The notes: generated by a model not told the origin, from the letters alone. Positions 10,950 through 25,970 are shown, counted from the first letter of the stretch. The stretch is 64,000 bases of DNA from Escherichia coli (GCF_003334335.1 NZ_QOWQ01000027.1); one strand, 5' to 3'. Program-made: numbers and translations.

Positions 10950-12077
10950 TTAATCCAATCCCAGCACACCGCGAAGTTGCGCCAGATCTTCCGCCAGCGC
11001 AGTAATCGGTCCTTTCAGTGCATTCCGGTCGGCATCGGTCAATTTGTCGTAGGTTTCAAAACCGTCTTTAGTACGGTATTTCGCCAGAATGGTATCGACC
11101 TTTTTAAAGTTGGCATCGACTTTTGCCAACAGTTCCGGGTTGGCTTTTTGCAGTTGTGGACGCAGCAGATCGACAATTTTCTGCGAGCCTTCAACGTTAG
11201 CCTGGAAATCCCACAGATCGGTGTGGCTGTAGCGATCTTCTTCACCGCTGATTTTGCTGGCTGCCACTTCCTCAATCAGTCCGGCTGCACCGCCGACCAC
11301 TTTTGAAGGTGGGAAAGCCAGTTCACTGATGCGTTTTTTCAAATCGACCACATCGGTATAAAGCTGGTCAGCGTACTGATCCATGCCTTTGGTGGTGTTG
11401 TCGCCAAACAATGCTTTTTCCAGACGGTGGAAACCGGTGAATTTTGGATCAGCGGCTTTTTGCTCGTAATCATCTTCACGGGCGTCAATGCTGCCATCCA
11501 GATCGGAGAACAGTTCAGCAATCGGTTCAATGCGCTCATAGTGCTGGCGCGTCGGCGCATACAGTGCTTTCGCTTTTTCGATATCGCCTGCTTTAATCGC
11601 GTCGGTAAAGGCTTTGGTGTCGGTCACCAGCTGCGTGGTTTCCGCCATGACATACGCTTTATATGCAGTAATTGCACCACCAAGACTTAACAGCGCATCA
11701 CTTTGCGCCGCATCCGCCGTTGCCTCACCTTTGACGATCAACTTCCCTTTCGGGTTAGTCAGCAGACCGCAGGTCATATCGTATTCGCCAGGCTGTAAAT
11801 TCGCCGTCATTTTCTGGCTAAAACCAGGGGCGATATTTTCCCGCTCTTCCACCACCATCACGCCTTTGAGGATCTCCCACTCCAGCGCCTTCTGGCTATG
11901 GTTCTGAATAATGAACTGTGTTTTCCCGGCGTTAACCGTAATGGTCATCGGTTCGCACTGCTTATCCGTCACGGTCACTTTGACCTGCGTCACATCAGCG
12001 GCGTTAGCCATAAAAGCAGAAGAAAACAGCGCAGCCACGCTCAACTGCAATGCGTTACGGCGGAAGTTAATGGTCAT
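10950..12077 (-). CDS. efeO: Periplasmic iron-uptake component EfeO, 375 aa
   Basis: ORF track; signal peptide; operon position between efeU and efeB. Confidence 0.95.
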   Translation of the reverse strand: MTINFRRNALQLSVAALFSSAFMANAADVTQVKVTVTDKQCEPMTITVNAGKTQFIIQNHSQKALEWEILKGVMVVEERENIAPGFSQKMTANLQPGEYDMTCGLLTNPKGKLIVKGEATADAAQSDALLSLGGAITAYKAYVMAETTQLVTDTKAFTDAIKAGDIEKAKALYAPTRQHYERIEPIAELFSDLDGSIDAREDDYEQKAADPKFTGFHRLEKALFGDNTTKGMDQYADQLYTDVVDLKKRISELAFPPSKVVGGAAGLIEEVAASKISGEEDRYSHTDLWDFQANVEGSQKIVDLLRPQLQKANPELLAKVDANFKKVDTILAKYRTKDGFETYDKLTDADRNALKGPITALAEDLAQLRGVLGLD

Positions 12078-12134
12078 GACGAGACTATCCCTTTAAAGTA
12101 TGTTGTAACTAAGCAAGAGTTTGCGTCGTATTTG

Positions 12135-12965
12135 TTACGCGGAGCGAGACGCTGTCGCCCCTGCGCGTGGTGGCAGAGCAAATGCCACCAGCGCCGGGAT
12201 GAGATAAATAAACCAGACGGCGACTTCGCTGACGCTCGGCGCTTCCTGATAGCCAAAAATCCCTTCCATCAGCGTGCCAAACAGCGAGTGAGTTGAGAGC
12301 ACCGCACTCATATCGAAGGCGATTTCCTGAAAGTGGTTCCACAATCCGGCTTCATGAAATGCGCGAATGGCACCAGCTGCCAGCCCTGCGGCGACGAAGA
12401 GAATAAACAGGCTGGTCCATTTAAAAAATGCACCAAGATTGAGGCGAATACCGCCCCAGTAGAGCAGGAAGCCTAGCACCACGGCAGTAGCAAGACCGAG
12501 CATTGCACCCAGCGGCGGCCAGATCCCGACATCTTGTTGAAATGCCGCCAGCAGGAAAAAGACCGACTCCAGCCCTTCCCTTGCAACGGCAAAAAAGACC
12601 ATCATCACCAGCGCCCAGCCATGATGATTTCCACGCTGCAATGCGCTATCGACTGCCTGCTCCAGTTGTACTTTGACGTTGCGCGACACTTTGCGCATCC
12701 AGAAAACCATCCAGGTAAGGATCACCACGGCGATCACCGCCACGATACCTTCAAACAGTTCCTGCTCTTTTTGCGGAAATTCGCCGGTGGTTTCGTTAAT
12801 GAAGATCCCCAAGCCCAGGCACAATGCAGCGGCAAGCAACACGCCAATCCACATCACACTAATCCATCGGCCTCGCTGGGTACGCTTAAGATAGCTGGCA
12901 ATCAAACTGACAATCAGCGCGGCTTCAAGTCCTTCGCGCAACATAATGAGAAACGGAACAAACAT
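12135..12965 (-). CDS. efeU: Ferrous iron permease (FTR1/OFeT family, REGLE motifs), 276 aa, intact
   Basis: ORF track 12135..12974; start set at MFVPFLIMLREGLEA; two REGLE motifs present; one continuous frame. Confidence 0.9.
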   Translation of the reverse strand: MFVPFLIMLREGLEAALIVSLIASYLKRTQRGRWISVMWIGVLLAAALCLGLGIFINETTGEFPQKEQELFEGIVAVIAVVILTWMVFWMRKVSRNVKVQLEQAVDSALQRGNHHGWALVMMVFFAVAREGLESVFFLLAAFQQDVGIWPPLGAMLGLATAVVLGFLLYWGGIRLNLGAFFKWTSLFILFVAAGLAAGAIRAFHEAGLWNHFQEIAFDMSAVLSTHSLFGTLMEGIFGYQEAPSVSEVAVWFIYLIPALVAFALPPRAGATASRSA

Positions 12966-13024
12966 GCCACCCACCCTTAAACGTTTTTCTGAGTCAATCT
13001 ATGCAAAGAAAAGTAAATCGCAGT

Positions 13025-13042
13025 GATAGCGATTATCATTAC
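13025..13042. promoter_or_regulatory. Candidate Fur box (GATAGCGATTATCATTAC) upstream of efeU
   Basis: Resembles the GATAATGATAATCATTATC Fur consensus, about 60 bp upstream of the efeU start. Confidence 0.45.
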
Positions 13043-13506
13043 GGTAAAGAAAAATACAAGCGGAATGTTTATAAAATGATGTTGAAATGTAAACAAAGAG
13101 AGGTAATGCCAGGGGATATAAACGATTATTCCAGGTACAAAGATGGGATTGTTTACAACGAGCCATGTGTTCTTGCCGGATGCCGCGTAAACGCCGTATC
13201 CAGCCGACAAAACCGTCCTGACTCAATACATCAAAACTTCCATGTAAAACTGATAAGCGGGTGTATCAAGCAATTTCGTCCATCCTCGATTATCAAATCT
13301 AACTTTTTGCCCGGAACATAATAACAGCTCGGGTGTTGGTGGCGTCAAAATCGCTGAAGCGTTCCCCGAAGGCCGGGACAGCAGGGGGCGGCGGCGATTG
13401 GCCGCCCCCTGCGCGCTCCCTGCACCATTCAATTTATATGGCGAGGCACATTAAGGGAGCGCAACCCGCTGCTGAAGCCAAACAAAACCGCCGCAGGCTA
13501 AGTCCC

Positions 13507-15015
<1,509 letters not shown>

Positions 15016-15203
15016 CTAAAGTCTCCAAAAAATTATTATCGGCAATGTCGAAACTTGCCGTTATATCTGCCACCGGAACGGGGTAACAGAGTTTATGTTT
15101 TACCAGGGCGACCGTATCCTGCCGGAAGCGCTGGTTATTCACAATCGATTTAACACACCATTTACATTAAATTTTAGTGCTCAGCGACACTATTTTTCAT
15201 CAG

Positions 15204-15411
15204 GTTGCACTCTCTCACATTTTTTGCGGTTGCACCTTTCAAAAATGTTAACTGCCGCAGAGAAAAAGTCTGAGTTATTTTTTTAATCCCTGTCATATCG
15301 ATTTCTTTTATTAACATTTCATTCATTTTTAAGCTTGCTACGCATGTCACATTTAACATGGTTGCACAAAGTTGCAACATCATGGATATTTCACGATAAC
15401 GTTAAGTTGCA
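15204..15411. promoter_or_regulatory. put control region with five GTTGCA PutA-operator motifs between divergent putP and putA
   Basis: GTTGCA at 15204-15209, 15229-15234, 15361-15366, 15371-15376 and 15406-15411. Confidence 0.7.
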
Positions 15412-15437
15412 CCTTTCAGAACAACAGGAGTAATGGC

Positions 15438-18400
15438 ATGGGAACCACCACCATGGGGGTTAAGCTGGACGACGCGACGCGTGAGCGTATTAAGTCTGCC
15501 GCGACACGTATCGATCGCACGCCACACTGGTTAATTAAGCAGGCGATTTTTTCTTATCTCGAACAACTGGAAAACAGCGATACTCTGCCGGAGCTACCTG
15601 CGCTGCTTTCTGGCGCTGCCAATGAGAGCGATGAAGCACCGACTCCGGCAGAGGAACCACACCAACCATTCCTCGACTTTGCCGAGCAAATTTTGCCCCA
15701 GTCGGTTTCCCGCGCCGCGATCACAGCGGCCTATCGCCGCCCGGAAACCGAAGCGGTTTCTATGCTGCTGGAACAAGCCCGCCTGCCGCAGCCAGTTGCT
15801 GAACAGGCGCACAAACTGGCGTATCAGCTGGCCGATAAACTGCGTAATCAAAAAAATGCCAGTGGTCGCGCAGGTATGGTCCAGGGGTTATTGCAGGAGT
15901 TTTCGCTGTCATCGCAGGAAGGCGTGGCGCTGATGTGTCTGGCGGAAGCGTTGTTGCGTATTCCCGACAAAGCCACCCGCGACGCGTTAATTCGCGACAA
16001 AATCAGCAACGGTAACTGGCAGTCACACATTGGTCGTAGCCCGTCACTGTTTGTTAATGCCGCCACCTGGGGGCTGCTGTTTACTGGCAAACTGGTTTCC
16101 ACCCATAACGAAGCCAGCCTCTCCCGCTCGCTGAACCGCATTATCGGTAAAAGCGGTGAACCGCTGATCCGCAAAGGTGTGGATATGGCGATGCGCCTGA
16201 TGGGTGAGCAGTTCGTCACTGGCGAAACCATCGCGGAAGCGTTAGCCAATGCCCGCAAGCTGGAAGAGAAAGGTTTCCGTTACTCTTACGATATGCTGGG
16301 CGAAGCCGCGCTGACCGCCGCAGATGCACAGGCGTATATGGTTTCCTATCAGCAGGCGATTCACGCCATCGGTAAAGCGTCTAACGGTCGTGGCATCTAT
16401 GAAGGGCCGGGCATTTCAATCAAACTGTCGGCGCTGCATCCGCGTTATAGCCGCGCCCAGTATGACCGGGTAATGGAAGAGCTTTACCCGCGTCTGAAAT
16501 CACTCACCCTGCTGGCGCGTCAGTACGATATTGGTATCAACATTGACGCCGAAGAGGCCGATCGTCTGGAGATCTCCCTCGATCTGCTGGAAAAACTCTG
16601 TTTCGAGCCGGAACTGGCAGGCTGGAACGGCATCGGTTTTGTTATTCAGGCTTATCAAAAACGCTGCCCGTTGGTGATCGATTACCTGATTGATCTCGCC
16701 ACCCGCAGCCGTCGCCGTCTGATGATTCGCCTGGTGAAAGGCGCGTACTGGGATAGTGAAATTAAGCGTGCGCAGATGGACGGCCTTGAAGGTTATCCGG
16801 TTTATACCCGCAAGGTGTATACCGACGTTTCTTATCTCGCCTGTGCGAAAAAGCTGCTGGCGGTGCCGAATCTAATCTACCCGCAGTTCGCGACGCACAA
16901 CGCCCATACGCTGGCGGCGATTTATCAACTGGCGGGGCAGAACTACTACCCGGGTCAGTACGAGTTCCAGTGCCTGCATGGTATGGGCGAGCCACTGTAT
17001 GAGCAGGTCACCGGGAAAGTTGCCGACGGCAAACTTAACCGTCCGTGTCGTATTTATGCTCCGGTTGGCACACATGAAACGCTGTTGGCGTATCTGGTGC
17101 GTCGCCTGCTGGAAAACGGTGCTAACACCTCGTTTGTTAACCGTATTGCCGACACCTCTTTGCCACTGGATGAACTGGTCGCCGATCCGGTCACTGCTGT
17201 AGAAAAACTGGCGCAACAGGAAGGGCAAACTGGATTACCGCATCCGAAAATTCCCCTGCCGCGCGATCTTTACGGTCACGGGCGCGACAACTCGGCAGGG
17301 CTGGATCTCGCTAACGAACACCGCCTGGCCTCGCTCTCCTCTGCCCTGCTCAATAGTGCACTGCAAAAATGGCAGGCCTTGCCAATGCTGGAACAACCGG
17401 TAGCGGCAGGTGAGATGTCGCCCGTTATTAACCCTGCGGAACCGAAAGATATTGTGGGCTATGTGCGTGAAGCCACGCCGCGTGAAGTAGAACAGGCGCT
17501 GGAAAGTGCGGTTAATAACGCGCCAATCTGGTTTGCCACGCCTCCGGCTGAACGCGCAGCGATTTTGCACCGCGCTGCCGTGCTGATGGAAAGCCAGATG
17601 CAGCAACTGATTGGTATTCTGGTGCGTGAGGCCGGAAAAACCTTCAGTAACGCCATTGCCGAAGTGCGCGAAGCGGTCGATTTTCTCCACTACTACGCCG
17701 GACAGGTGCGGGATGATTTCGCTAACGAAACCCACCGTCCATTAGGGCCTGTGGTGTGTATCAGTCCGTGGAACTTCCCGCTGGCTATTTTCACCGGGCA
17801 GATCGCCGCCGCACTGGCGGCAGGTAACAGCGTGCTGGCAAAACCGGCAGAACAAACGCCGCTGATTGCCGCGCAAGGGATCGCCATTTTGCTGGAAGCG
17901 GGTGTACCGCCAGGCGTGGTGCAATTGCTGCCAGGTCGGGGTGAAACCGTGGGCGCGCAACTGACGGGTGATGATCGCGTGCGCGGGGTGATGTTTACCG
18001 GTTCAACCGAAGTCGCTACGTTACTGCAGCGCAATATCGCCAGCCGCCTGGACGCTCAGGGTCGCCCTATTCCGCTCATCGCTGAAACCGGCGGCATGAA
18101 CGCGATGATTGTCGATTCTTCAGCACTGACCGAACAGGTCGTCGTGGATGTACTGGCCTCGGCGTTCGACAGTGCGGGTCAGCGTTGTTCGGCGCTGCGC
18201 GTGCTGTGCCTGCAAGATGAGATTGCCGACCACACGTTGAAAATGCTGCGCGGCGCAATGGCCGAATGCCGGATGGGTAATCCGGGTCGCCTGACCACCG
18301 ATATCGGTCCAGTGATTGATAGCGAAGCGAAAGCCAATATTGAGCGCCATATTCAGACCATGCGTAGCAAAGGCCGTCCGGTGTTCCAGGCGGTGCGGGA

Positions 18401-19400
18401 AAACAGCGAAGATGCCCGTGAATGGCAAAGCGGCACCTTTGTCGCCCCGACGCTGATCGAACTGGATGACTTTGCCGAATTGCAAAAAGAGGTCTTTGGT
18501 CCGGTGCTGCATGTGGTGCGTTACAACCGTAACCAGCTACCAGAGCTGATCGAGCAGATTAACGCTTCCGGTTATGGTCTGACGCTTGGCGTCCATACGC
18601 GCATTGATGAAACCATCGCCCAGGTCACTGGCTCGGCCCATGTTGGTAACCTGTATGTTAACCGTAATATGGTGGGCGCAGTGGTTGGTGTGCAGCCGTT
18701 CGGCGGCGAAGGGTTGTCCGGTACCGGGCCGAAAGCAGGCGGTCCGCTCTATCTCTACCGTCTGCTGGCGAATCGCCCGGAAAGTGCGCTGGCAGTGACG
18801 CTCGCGCGTCAGGATGCAAAGTATCCGGTCGATGCGCAGTTGAAAGCCGCATTGACTCAGCCGCTAAATGCACTGCGGGAATGGGCAGCAAATCGTCCAG
18901 AATTGCAGGCGTTATGTACGCAATATGGCGAGCTGGCGCAGGCAGGAACACAACGATTGCTGCCGGGGCCGACGGGTGAACGCAACACCTGGACGCTGCT
19001 GCCGCGTGAGCGCGTGTTGTGTATTGCCGATGATGAGCAGGATGCGCTGACTCAGCTCGCCGCCGTGCTGGCGGTGGGCAGCCAGGTACTGTGGCCGGAT
19101 GACGCGCTGCATCGTCAGTTAGTGAAGGCATTGCCATCGGCAGTCAGCGAACGTATTCAACTGGCGAAAGCGGAAAATATAACCGCTCAACCGTTTGATG
19201 CGGTGATCTTCCACGGTGATTCGGATCAGCTTCGCGCATTGTGTGAAGCAGTTGCCGCGCGGGATGGCACAATTGTTTCGGTGCAGGGTTTTGCCCGTGG
19301 CGAAAGCAATATCCTTCTGGAACGGCTGTATATCGAGCGTTCGCTGAGTGTGAATACCGCTGCCGCTGGCGGTAACGCCAGCTTAATGACTATAGGTTAA
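15438..19400 (+). CDS. putA: Bifunctional proline dehydrogenase / P5C dehydrogenase and put repressor, 1320 aa
   Basis: ORF track 15372..19400; start set at MGTTTMGVKLDD; N-terminal ribbon-helix-helix, PRODH and ALDH domains. Confidence 0.95.
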   Translation: MGTTTMGVKLDDATRERIKSAATRIDRTPHWLIKQAIFSYLEQLENSDTLPELPALLSGAANESDEAPTPAEEPHQPFLDFAEQILPQSVSRAAITAAYRRPETEAVSMLLEQARLPQPVAEQAHKLAYQLADKLRNQKNASGRAGMVQGLLQEFSLSSQEGVALMCLAEALLRIPDKATRDALIRDKISNGNWQSHIGRSPSLFVNAATWGLLFTGKLVSTHNEASLSRSLNRIIGKSGEPLIRKGVDMAMRLMGEQFVTGETIAEALANARKLEEKGFRYSYDMLGEAALTAADAQAYMVSYQQAIHAIGKASNGRGIYEGPGISIKLSALHPRYSRAQYDRVMEELYPRLKSLTLLARQYDIGINIDAEEADRLEISLDLLEKLCFEPELAGWNGIGFVIQAYQKRCPLVIDYLIDLATRSRRRLMIRLVKGAYWDSEIKRAQMDGLEGYPVYTRKVYTDVSYLACAKKLLAVPNLIYPQFATHNAHTLAAIYQLAGQNYYPGQYEFQCLHGMGEPLYEQVTGKVADGKLNRPCRIYAPVGTHETLLAYLVRRLLENGANTSFVNRIADTSLPLDELVADPVTAVEKLAQQEGQTGLPHPKIPLPRDLYGHGRDNSAGLDLANEHRLASLSSALLNSALQKWQALPMLEQPVAAGEMSPVINPAEPKDIVGYVREATPREVEQALESAVNNAPIWFATPPAERAAILHRAAVLMESQMQQLIGILVREAGKTFSNAIAEVREAVDFLHYYAGQVRDDFANETHRPLGPVVCISPWNFPLAIFTGQIAAALAAGNSVLAKPAEQTPLIAAQGIAILLEAGVPPGVVQLLPGRGETVGAQLTGDDRVRGVMFTGSTEVATLLQRNIASRLDAQGRPIPLIAETGGMNAMIVDSSALTEQVVVDVLASAFDSAGQRCSALRVLCLQDEIADHTLKMLRGAMAECRMGNPGRLTTDIGPVIDSEAKANIERHIQTMRSKGRPVFQAVRENSEDAREWQSGTFVAPTLIELDDFAELQKEVFGPVLHVVRYNRNQLPELIEQINASGYGLTLGVHTRIDETIAQVTGSAHVGNLYVNRNMVGAVVGVQPFGGEGLSGTGPKAGGPLYLYRLLANRPESALAVTLARQDAKYPVDAQLKAALTQPLNALREWAANRPELQALCTQYGELAQAGTQRLLPGPTGERNTWTLLPRERVLCIADDEQDALTQLAAVLAVGSQVLWPDDALHRQLVKALPSAVSERIQLAKAENITAQPFDAVIFHGDSDQLRALCEAVAARDGTIVSVQGFARGESNILLERLYIERSLSVNTAAAGGNASLMTIG

Positions 19401-19439
19401 ACAGGTAGCCGGAGGATGTTACAACCTCCTCCGGCATCT

Positions 19440-20078
19440 TTAACGTGGTCGAATCCCCTCAATAATAATCCGCTGCACGTTTTCAACCGTTTGATTGAAA
19501 AATACCTCATCGCGCAACGTCGCGCCTGTCACCGCCTCCACCTGAGGGGCGAAATCGGCGTAATGTTGAGTGGAAGCCCAAATCATAAAAATCAAATGCT
19601 GCGGATCAATCGGCGCGAGTTTGCCGCTTTTGACCCAACCGGCAATCAGCGCCGATTTCTCATCAATTAATGCCTTCAAATCGCCCGTCAGTTCATCCAT
19701 TAACAGCGGCGCGCCTGCCAGCATCTCCATACAGAACAGGCGCGAAGCCTGCGGATAATCGCGTGAGACTTCCAGCTTCAGACGGATGTACTCTTTGATC
19801 GCCGCCAGCGGGGCGAAATCTTCACGAAACGCTTTTAACGGTGCCAGCCAGATATCGAGAATCTGCCGCAGCACGGCAATATACAGCGCCTCTTTTGACG
19901 GAAAGTAATACAGCAGATTGGTTTTTGAAACACCCGCCAACTCTGCGATCTGCTCCAGCCTTGTGCCGTGAAAACCGAATTGTGAAAAAGTGTCCAGTGC
20001 TGCGCTAAGAATCGCTTTTTTCTTCGCGCTTACTGCGCGCGAACGTTTACCCGTTGTTTTCACTGCGCCTTGCGTCAT
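19440..20078 (-). CDS. rutR: TetR-family repressor of the rut (pyrimidine utilisation) operon, 212 aa
   Basis: ORF track 19440..20105; start set at MTQGAVKTTGKRSR; TetR HTH. Confidence 0.9.
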   Translation of the reverse strand: MTQGAVKTTGKRSRAVSAKKKAILSAALDTFSQFGFHGTRLEQIAELAGVSKTNLLYYFPSKEALYIAVLRQILDIWLAPLKAFREDFAPLAAIKEYIRLKLEVSRDYPQASRLFCMEMLAGAPLLMDELTGDLKALIDEKSALIAGWVKSGKLAPIDPQHLIFMIWASTQHYADFAPQVEAVTGATLRDEVFFNQTVENVQRIIIEGIRPR

Positions 20079-20184
20079 GCGCTCTCCCCTCTTGTAGATT
20101 GGCAACAGGATAGCAAAACCCCCGCCCGGCCTCGACCTTCTGCACTCTCATCGCGCACAGATGCATGTTTTATGTGCAACTGTT

Positions 20185-20200
20185 TTGACCGTTTAGTCCA
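20185..20200. promoter_or_regulatory. RutR operator-like palindrome TTGACCGTTTAGTCCA (consensus TTGACCAnnTGGTCAA)
   Basis: Located in the rutR-rutA intergenic region. Confidence 0.55.
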
Positions 20201-20264
20201 CTTTTTACCAGATATTTTAGATAACGTAATGTTAACAGATTAATAACATTAACTTTTTAAAAAC

Positions 20265-20280
20265 TGGCATCCGCTTTGCA
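20265..20280 (+). promoter_or_regulatory. Sigma-54 promoter of rutA (TGGCAT-N5-TTGCA, -24/-12 elements)
   Basis: Match to TGGCAC-N5-TTGCA about 30 bp upstream of the rutA start; rut operon is known to be NtrC/sigma-54 dependent. Confidence 0.65.
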
Positions 20281-20308
20281 AACAAGCCAATACGCGGCTG
20301 AAAAGGAT

Positions 20309-22149
<1,841 letters not shown>

Positions 22150-22160
22150 GGAGTTTAACG

Positions 22161-22547
22161 ATGCCAAAATCCGTAATTATTCCCGCTGGCAGCAGCGCAC
22201 CGCTGGCCCCCTTCGTTCCCGGCACGCTGGCTGATGGCGTGGTGTATGTCTCCGGTACGCTGGCTTTTGATCAACATAATAACGTGCTGTTTGCCGATGA
22301 CCCAAAGGCGCAAACCCGCCACGTTCTGGAAACTATCCGCAAGGTGATCGAGACGGCGGGTGGCACGATGGCGGATGTGACCTTCAACAGCATCTTTATT
22401 ACCGACTGGAAAAATTACGCCGCGATTAACGAAATCTACGCCGAGTTTTTTCCGGGTGATAAACCGGCGCGATTCTGCATTCAGTGCGGACTGGTAAAAC
22501 CTGACGCGCTGGTGGAAATCGCCACAATTGCGCATATCGCCAAGTGA
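22161..22547 (+). CDS. rutC: Aminoacrylate peracid reductase (RidA/YjgF family), 128 aa
   Basis: ORF track. Confidence 0.9.
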
Positions 22548-22554
22548 GGCCGCG

Positions 22555-23355
22555 ATGAAACTTTCACTCTCACCTCCCCCTTATGCTGATGCGCCCGTAG
22601 TGGTGTTGATTTCGGGTCTTGGGGGTAGCGGCAGTTACTGGTTACCGCAACTGGCGGTGCTGGAGCAGGAGTATCAGGTAGTCTGTTACGACCAGCGCGG
22701 CACCGGCAATAATCCCGACACGCTGGCAGAAGATTACAGTATCGCCCAGATGGCAGCGGAACTGCATCAGGCGCTGGTAGCCGCAGGGATTGAGCATTAC
22801 GCAGTGGTCGGCCATGCGCTCGGTGCGCTGGTGGGAATGCAGCTGGCGCTGGATTATCCCGCGTCGGTAACTGTGCTGATCAGCGTTAACGGCTGGCTAC
22901 GAATAAACGCCCATACGCGCCGCTGTTTTCAGGTTCGCGAACGATTACTGTATAGCGGCGGCGCGCAGGCATGGGTGGAAGCGCAGCCGTTGTTCCTCTA
23001 TCCCGCCGACTGGATGGCGGCCCGCGCACCTCGCCTGGAGGCAGAAGACGCGCTGGCACTGGCGCATTTTCAGGGCAAAAATAATTTACTGCGTCGACTT
23101 AACGCCCTCAAACGCGCTGACTTTAGTCACCATGCGGATCGCATCCGCTGCCCGGTGCAAATCATCTGCGCCAGTGATGATCTGCTGGTGCCAACAGCAT
23201 GTTCCAGTGAACTTCATGCCGCCCTGCCCGATAGCCAGAAAATGGTGATGCCCTATGGCGGACACGCCTGCAACGTGACCGATCCCGAAACGTTTAATGC
23301 TCTGTTACTCAACGGGCTTGCCAGCCTGTTACATCACCGTGAAGCCGCCCTGTAA
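22555..23355 (+). CDS. rutD: Aminoacrylate hydrolase (alpha/beta hydrolase), 266 aa
   Basis: ORF track 22528..23355; start set at [12 protein letters not shown]. Confidence 0.9.
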   Translation: MKLSLSPPPYADAPVVVLISGLGGSGSYWLPQLAVLEQEYQVVCYDQRGTGNNPDTLAEDYSIAQMAAELHQALVAAGIEHYAVVGHALGALVGMQLALDYPASVTVLISVNGWLRINAHTRRCFQVRERLLYSGGAQAWVEAQPLFLYPADWMAARAPRLEAEDALALAHFQGKNNLLRRLNALKRADFSHHADRIRCPVQIICASDDLLVPTACSSELHAALPDSQKMVMPYGGHACNVTDPETFNALLLNGLASLLHHREAAL

Positions 23356-23364
23356 GGAATTGCT

Positions 23365-23955
23365 ATGAACGAAGCCGTTAGCCCAGGTGCGCTTAGCACC
23401 CTGTTCACCGATGCCCGCACTCACAACGGCTGGCGGGAGACCCCCGTCAGCGATGAGACGTTACGGGAGATTTATGCCCTGATGAAATGGGGGCCGACAT
23501 CAGCTAACTGTTCTCCGGCACGGATCGTGTTTACCCGCACGGCAGAAGGAAAAGAACGTCTGCGCCCGGCACTTTCCAGCGGCAATCTGCAAAAAACCCT
23601 GACCGCGCCCGTCACCGCTATCGTCGCCTGGGACAGTGAATTTTATGAACGGTTACCACTACTGTTTCCCCACGGTGATGCCCGCAGTTGGTTTACCTCC
23701 AGCCCACAACTTGCCGAAGAAACAGCGTTTCGCAACAGTTCCATGCAGGCGGCCTATCTGATCGTCGCCTGCCGGGCGCTGGGACTGGATACCGGCCCGA
23801 TGTCGGGCTTTGACCGTCAACACGTGGACGACGCCTTTTTTACGGGCAGCACGCTGAAGAGCAATCTGCTGATTAATATCGGCTATGGCGATAGCAGCAA
23901 GCTTTATGCGCGCCTGCCACGTCTGTCCTTTGAAGAAGCCTGCGGGCTGTTGTAA
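23365..23955 (+). CDS. rutE: Malonic semialdehyde reductase (nitroreductase family), 196 aa
   Basis: ORF track. Confidence 0.9.
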   Translation: MNEAVSPGALSTLFTDARTHNGWRETPVSDETLREIYALMKWGPTSANCSPARIVFTRTAEGKERLRPALSSGNLQKTLTAPVTAIVAWDSEFYERLPLLFPHGDARSWFTSSPQLAEETAFRNSSMQAAYLIVACRALGLDTGPMSGFDRQHVDDAFFTGSTLKSNLLINIGYGDSSKLYARLPRLSFEEACGLL

Positions 23956-23965
23956 GGAGCAAACT

Positions 23966-24460
23966 ATGAACATTGTCGATCAACAAACTTTTCGCGATGC
24001 GATGTCCTGCATGGGCGCGGCGGTCAATATTATCACCACGGACGGTCCAGCCGGGCGCGCCGGGTTCACCGCCAGCGCCGTCTGCAGTGTGACCGATACG
24101 CCGCCCACATTACTGGTGTGCCTGAATCGTGGGGCGTCCGTCTGGCCGGCATTCAATGAAAATCGAACGCTGTGTGTAAATACACTTAGCGCCGGGCAGG
24201 AGCCGCTTTCAAACCTTTTTGGCGGCAAAACGCCCATGGAACACCGCTTTGCCGCCGCCCGCTGGCAGACGGGGGTGACCGGATGCCCGCAACTGGAAGA
24301 GGCTCTGGTTTCGTTTGACTGCCGTATCAGCCAGGTGGTGAGCGTCGGCACCCACGACATTCTGTTTTGCGCCATCGAAGCGATTCATCGTCACACCACA
24401 CCCTACGGGCTGGTGTGGTTCGATCGCAGTTATCACGCGCTGATGCGCCCTGCTTGTTAA
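23966..24460 (+). CDS. rutF: FMN reductase (flavin reductase family), 164 aa
   Basis: ORF track 23885..24460; start set at [12 protein letters not shown]. Confidence 0.9.
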
Positions 24461-24480
24461 CCTCCTTAAGGAGACAGCTG

Positions 24481-25809
24481 ATGGCAATGTTCGGTTTTCC
24501 TCACTGGCAGTTAAAATCGACCTCTACAGAGAGCGGCGTGGTCGCGCCGGATGAACGATTGCCGTTTGCTCAGACGGCAGTAATGGGCGTTCAACACGCG
24601 GTGGCGATGTTTGGCGCGACGGTGTTAATGCCGATTCTGATGGGGCTGGATCCCAATCTTTCCATTTTAATGTCGGGGATCGGCACGTTACTGTTTTTCT
24701 TTATTACCGGCGGGCGCGTCCCCAGTTATCTCGGCTCCAGCGCGGCTTTTGTCGGCGTGGTGATCGCCGCGACGGGCTTTAACGGTCAGGGCATTAACCC
24801 GAATATCAGCATTGCGCTGGGCGGGATTATCGCCTGTGGGCTGGTTTATACCGTCATTGGCCTGGTGGTGATGAAAATCGGTACGCGCTGGATTGAACGA
24901 CTGATGCCGCCGGTGGTGACGGGTGCGGTGGTGATGGCGATTGGCCTGAACTTAGCGCCTATCGCAGTGAAAAGTGTATCGGCTTCGGCCTTTGATAGCT
25001 GGATGGCGGTAATGACGGTGCTGTGTATTGGGCTGGTGGCGGTGTTTACCCGTGGCATGATCCAGCGGTTATTGATTCTCGTAGGATTAATTGTCGCCTG
25101 TCTGCTGTATGGCGTGATGACCAACGTTTTAGGGCTGGGAAAAGCCGTCGATTTTACTCTCGTCAGCCATGCTGCCTGGTTCGGTCTGCCACATTTTTCC
25201 ACTCCTGCTTTTAATGGTCAGGCAATGATGCTGATTGCGCCCGTGGCGGTGATTCTGGTGGCGGAAAACTTAGGTCATCTCAAGGCAGTCGCCGGGATGA
25301 CCGGACGCAATATGGACCCGTATATGGGGCGGGCATTCGTAGGCGATGGTCTGGCAACGATGCTTTCCGGCTCTGTCGGCGGTAGCGGCGTGACCACCTA
25401 TGCTGAAAATATCGGTGTGATGGCCGTGACCAAAGTCTACTCGACGCTGGTGTTTGTTGCTGCTGCCGTCATCGCCATGCTGTTGGGCTTTTCACCGAAA
25501 TTTGGTGCGCTGATTCATACCATTCCGGCCGCGGTTATTGGTGGTGCATCAATTGTTGTGTTCGGGCTGATTGCCGTCGCAGGCGCAAGGATATGGGTAC
25601 AAAACCGTGTCGATTTAAGCCAGAACGGTAATTTGATTATGGTCGCAGTAACCTTAGTGCTGGGCGCGGGTGATTTTGCTCTCACGCTGGGCGGTTTTAC
25701 GTTGGGAGGGATTGGTACAGCAACCTTTGGCGCGATTTTACTCAATGCGTTGTTAAGCAGAAAGTTGGTTGACGTTCCACCGCCAGAAGTTGTTCATCAG
25801 GAGCCATAA
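24481..25809 (+). CDS. rutG: Pyrimidine permease (NCS2 family), 442 aa
   Basis: ORF track 24367..25809; start set at MAMFGFPHWQLKS. Confidence 0.9.
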   Translation: MAMFGFPHWQLKSTSTESGVVAPDERLPFAQTAVMGVQHAVAMFGATVLMPILMGLDPNLSILMSGIGTLLFFFITGGRVPSYLGSSAAFVGVVIAATGFNGQGINPNISIALGGIIACGLVYTVIGLVVMKIGTRWIERLMPPVVTGAVVMAIGLNLAPIAVKSVSASAFDSWMAVMTVLCIGLVAVFTRGMIQRLLILVGLIVACLLYGVMTNVLGLGKAVDFTLVSHAAWFGLPHFSTPAFNGQAMMLIAPVAVILVAENLGHLKAVAGMTGRNMDPYMGRAFVGDGLATMLSGSVGGSGVTTYAENIGVMAVTKVYSTLVFVAAAVIAMLLGFSPKFGALIHTIPAAVIGGASIVVFGLIAVAGARIWVQNRVDLSQNGNLIMVAVTLVLGAGDFALTLGGFTLGGIGTATFGAILLNALLSRKLVDVPPPEVVHQEP

Positions 25810-25861
25810 ACAGAAAACCGCCGGGGTTACCGGCGGTGCAGATTGTTGACAACGTACGCAT

Positions 25862-25970
<109 letters not shown>

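Noticed and set aside
13380-13412. GC-rich palindrome GGGGGCGGCGGCGATTGGCCGCCCCC downstream of putP
   Set aside because: Forms a hairpin but lacks a flanking U-tract on either strand; probably a REP-like structural element, not a clear terminator.
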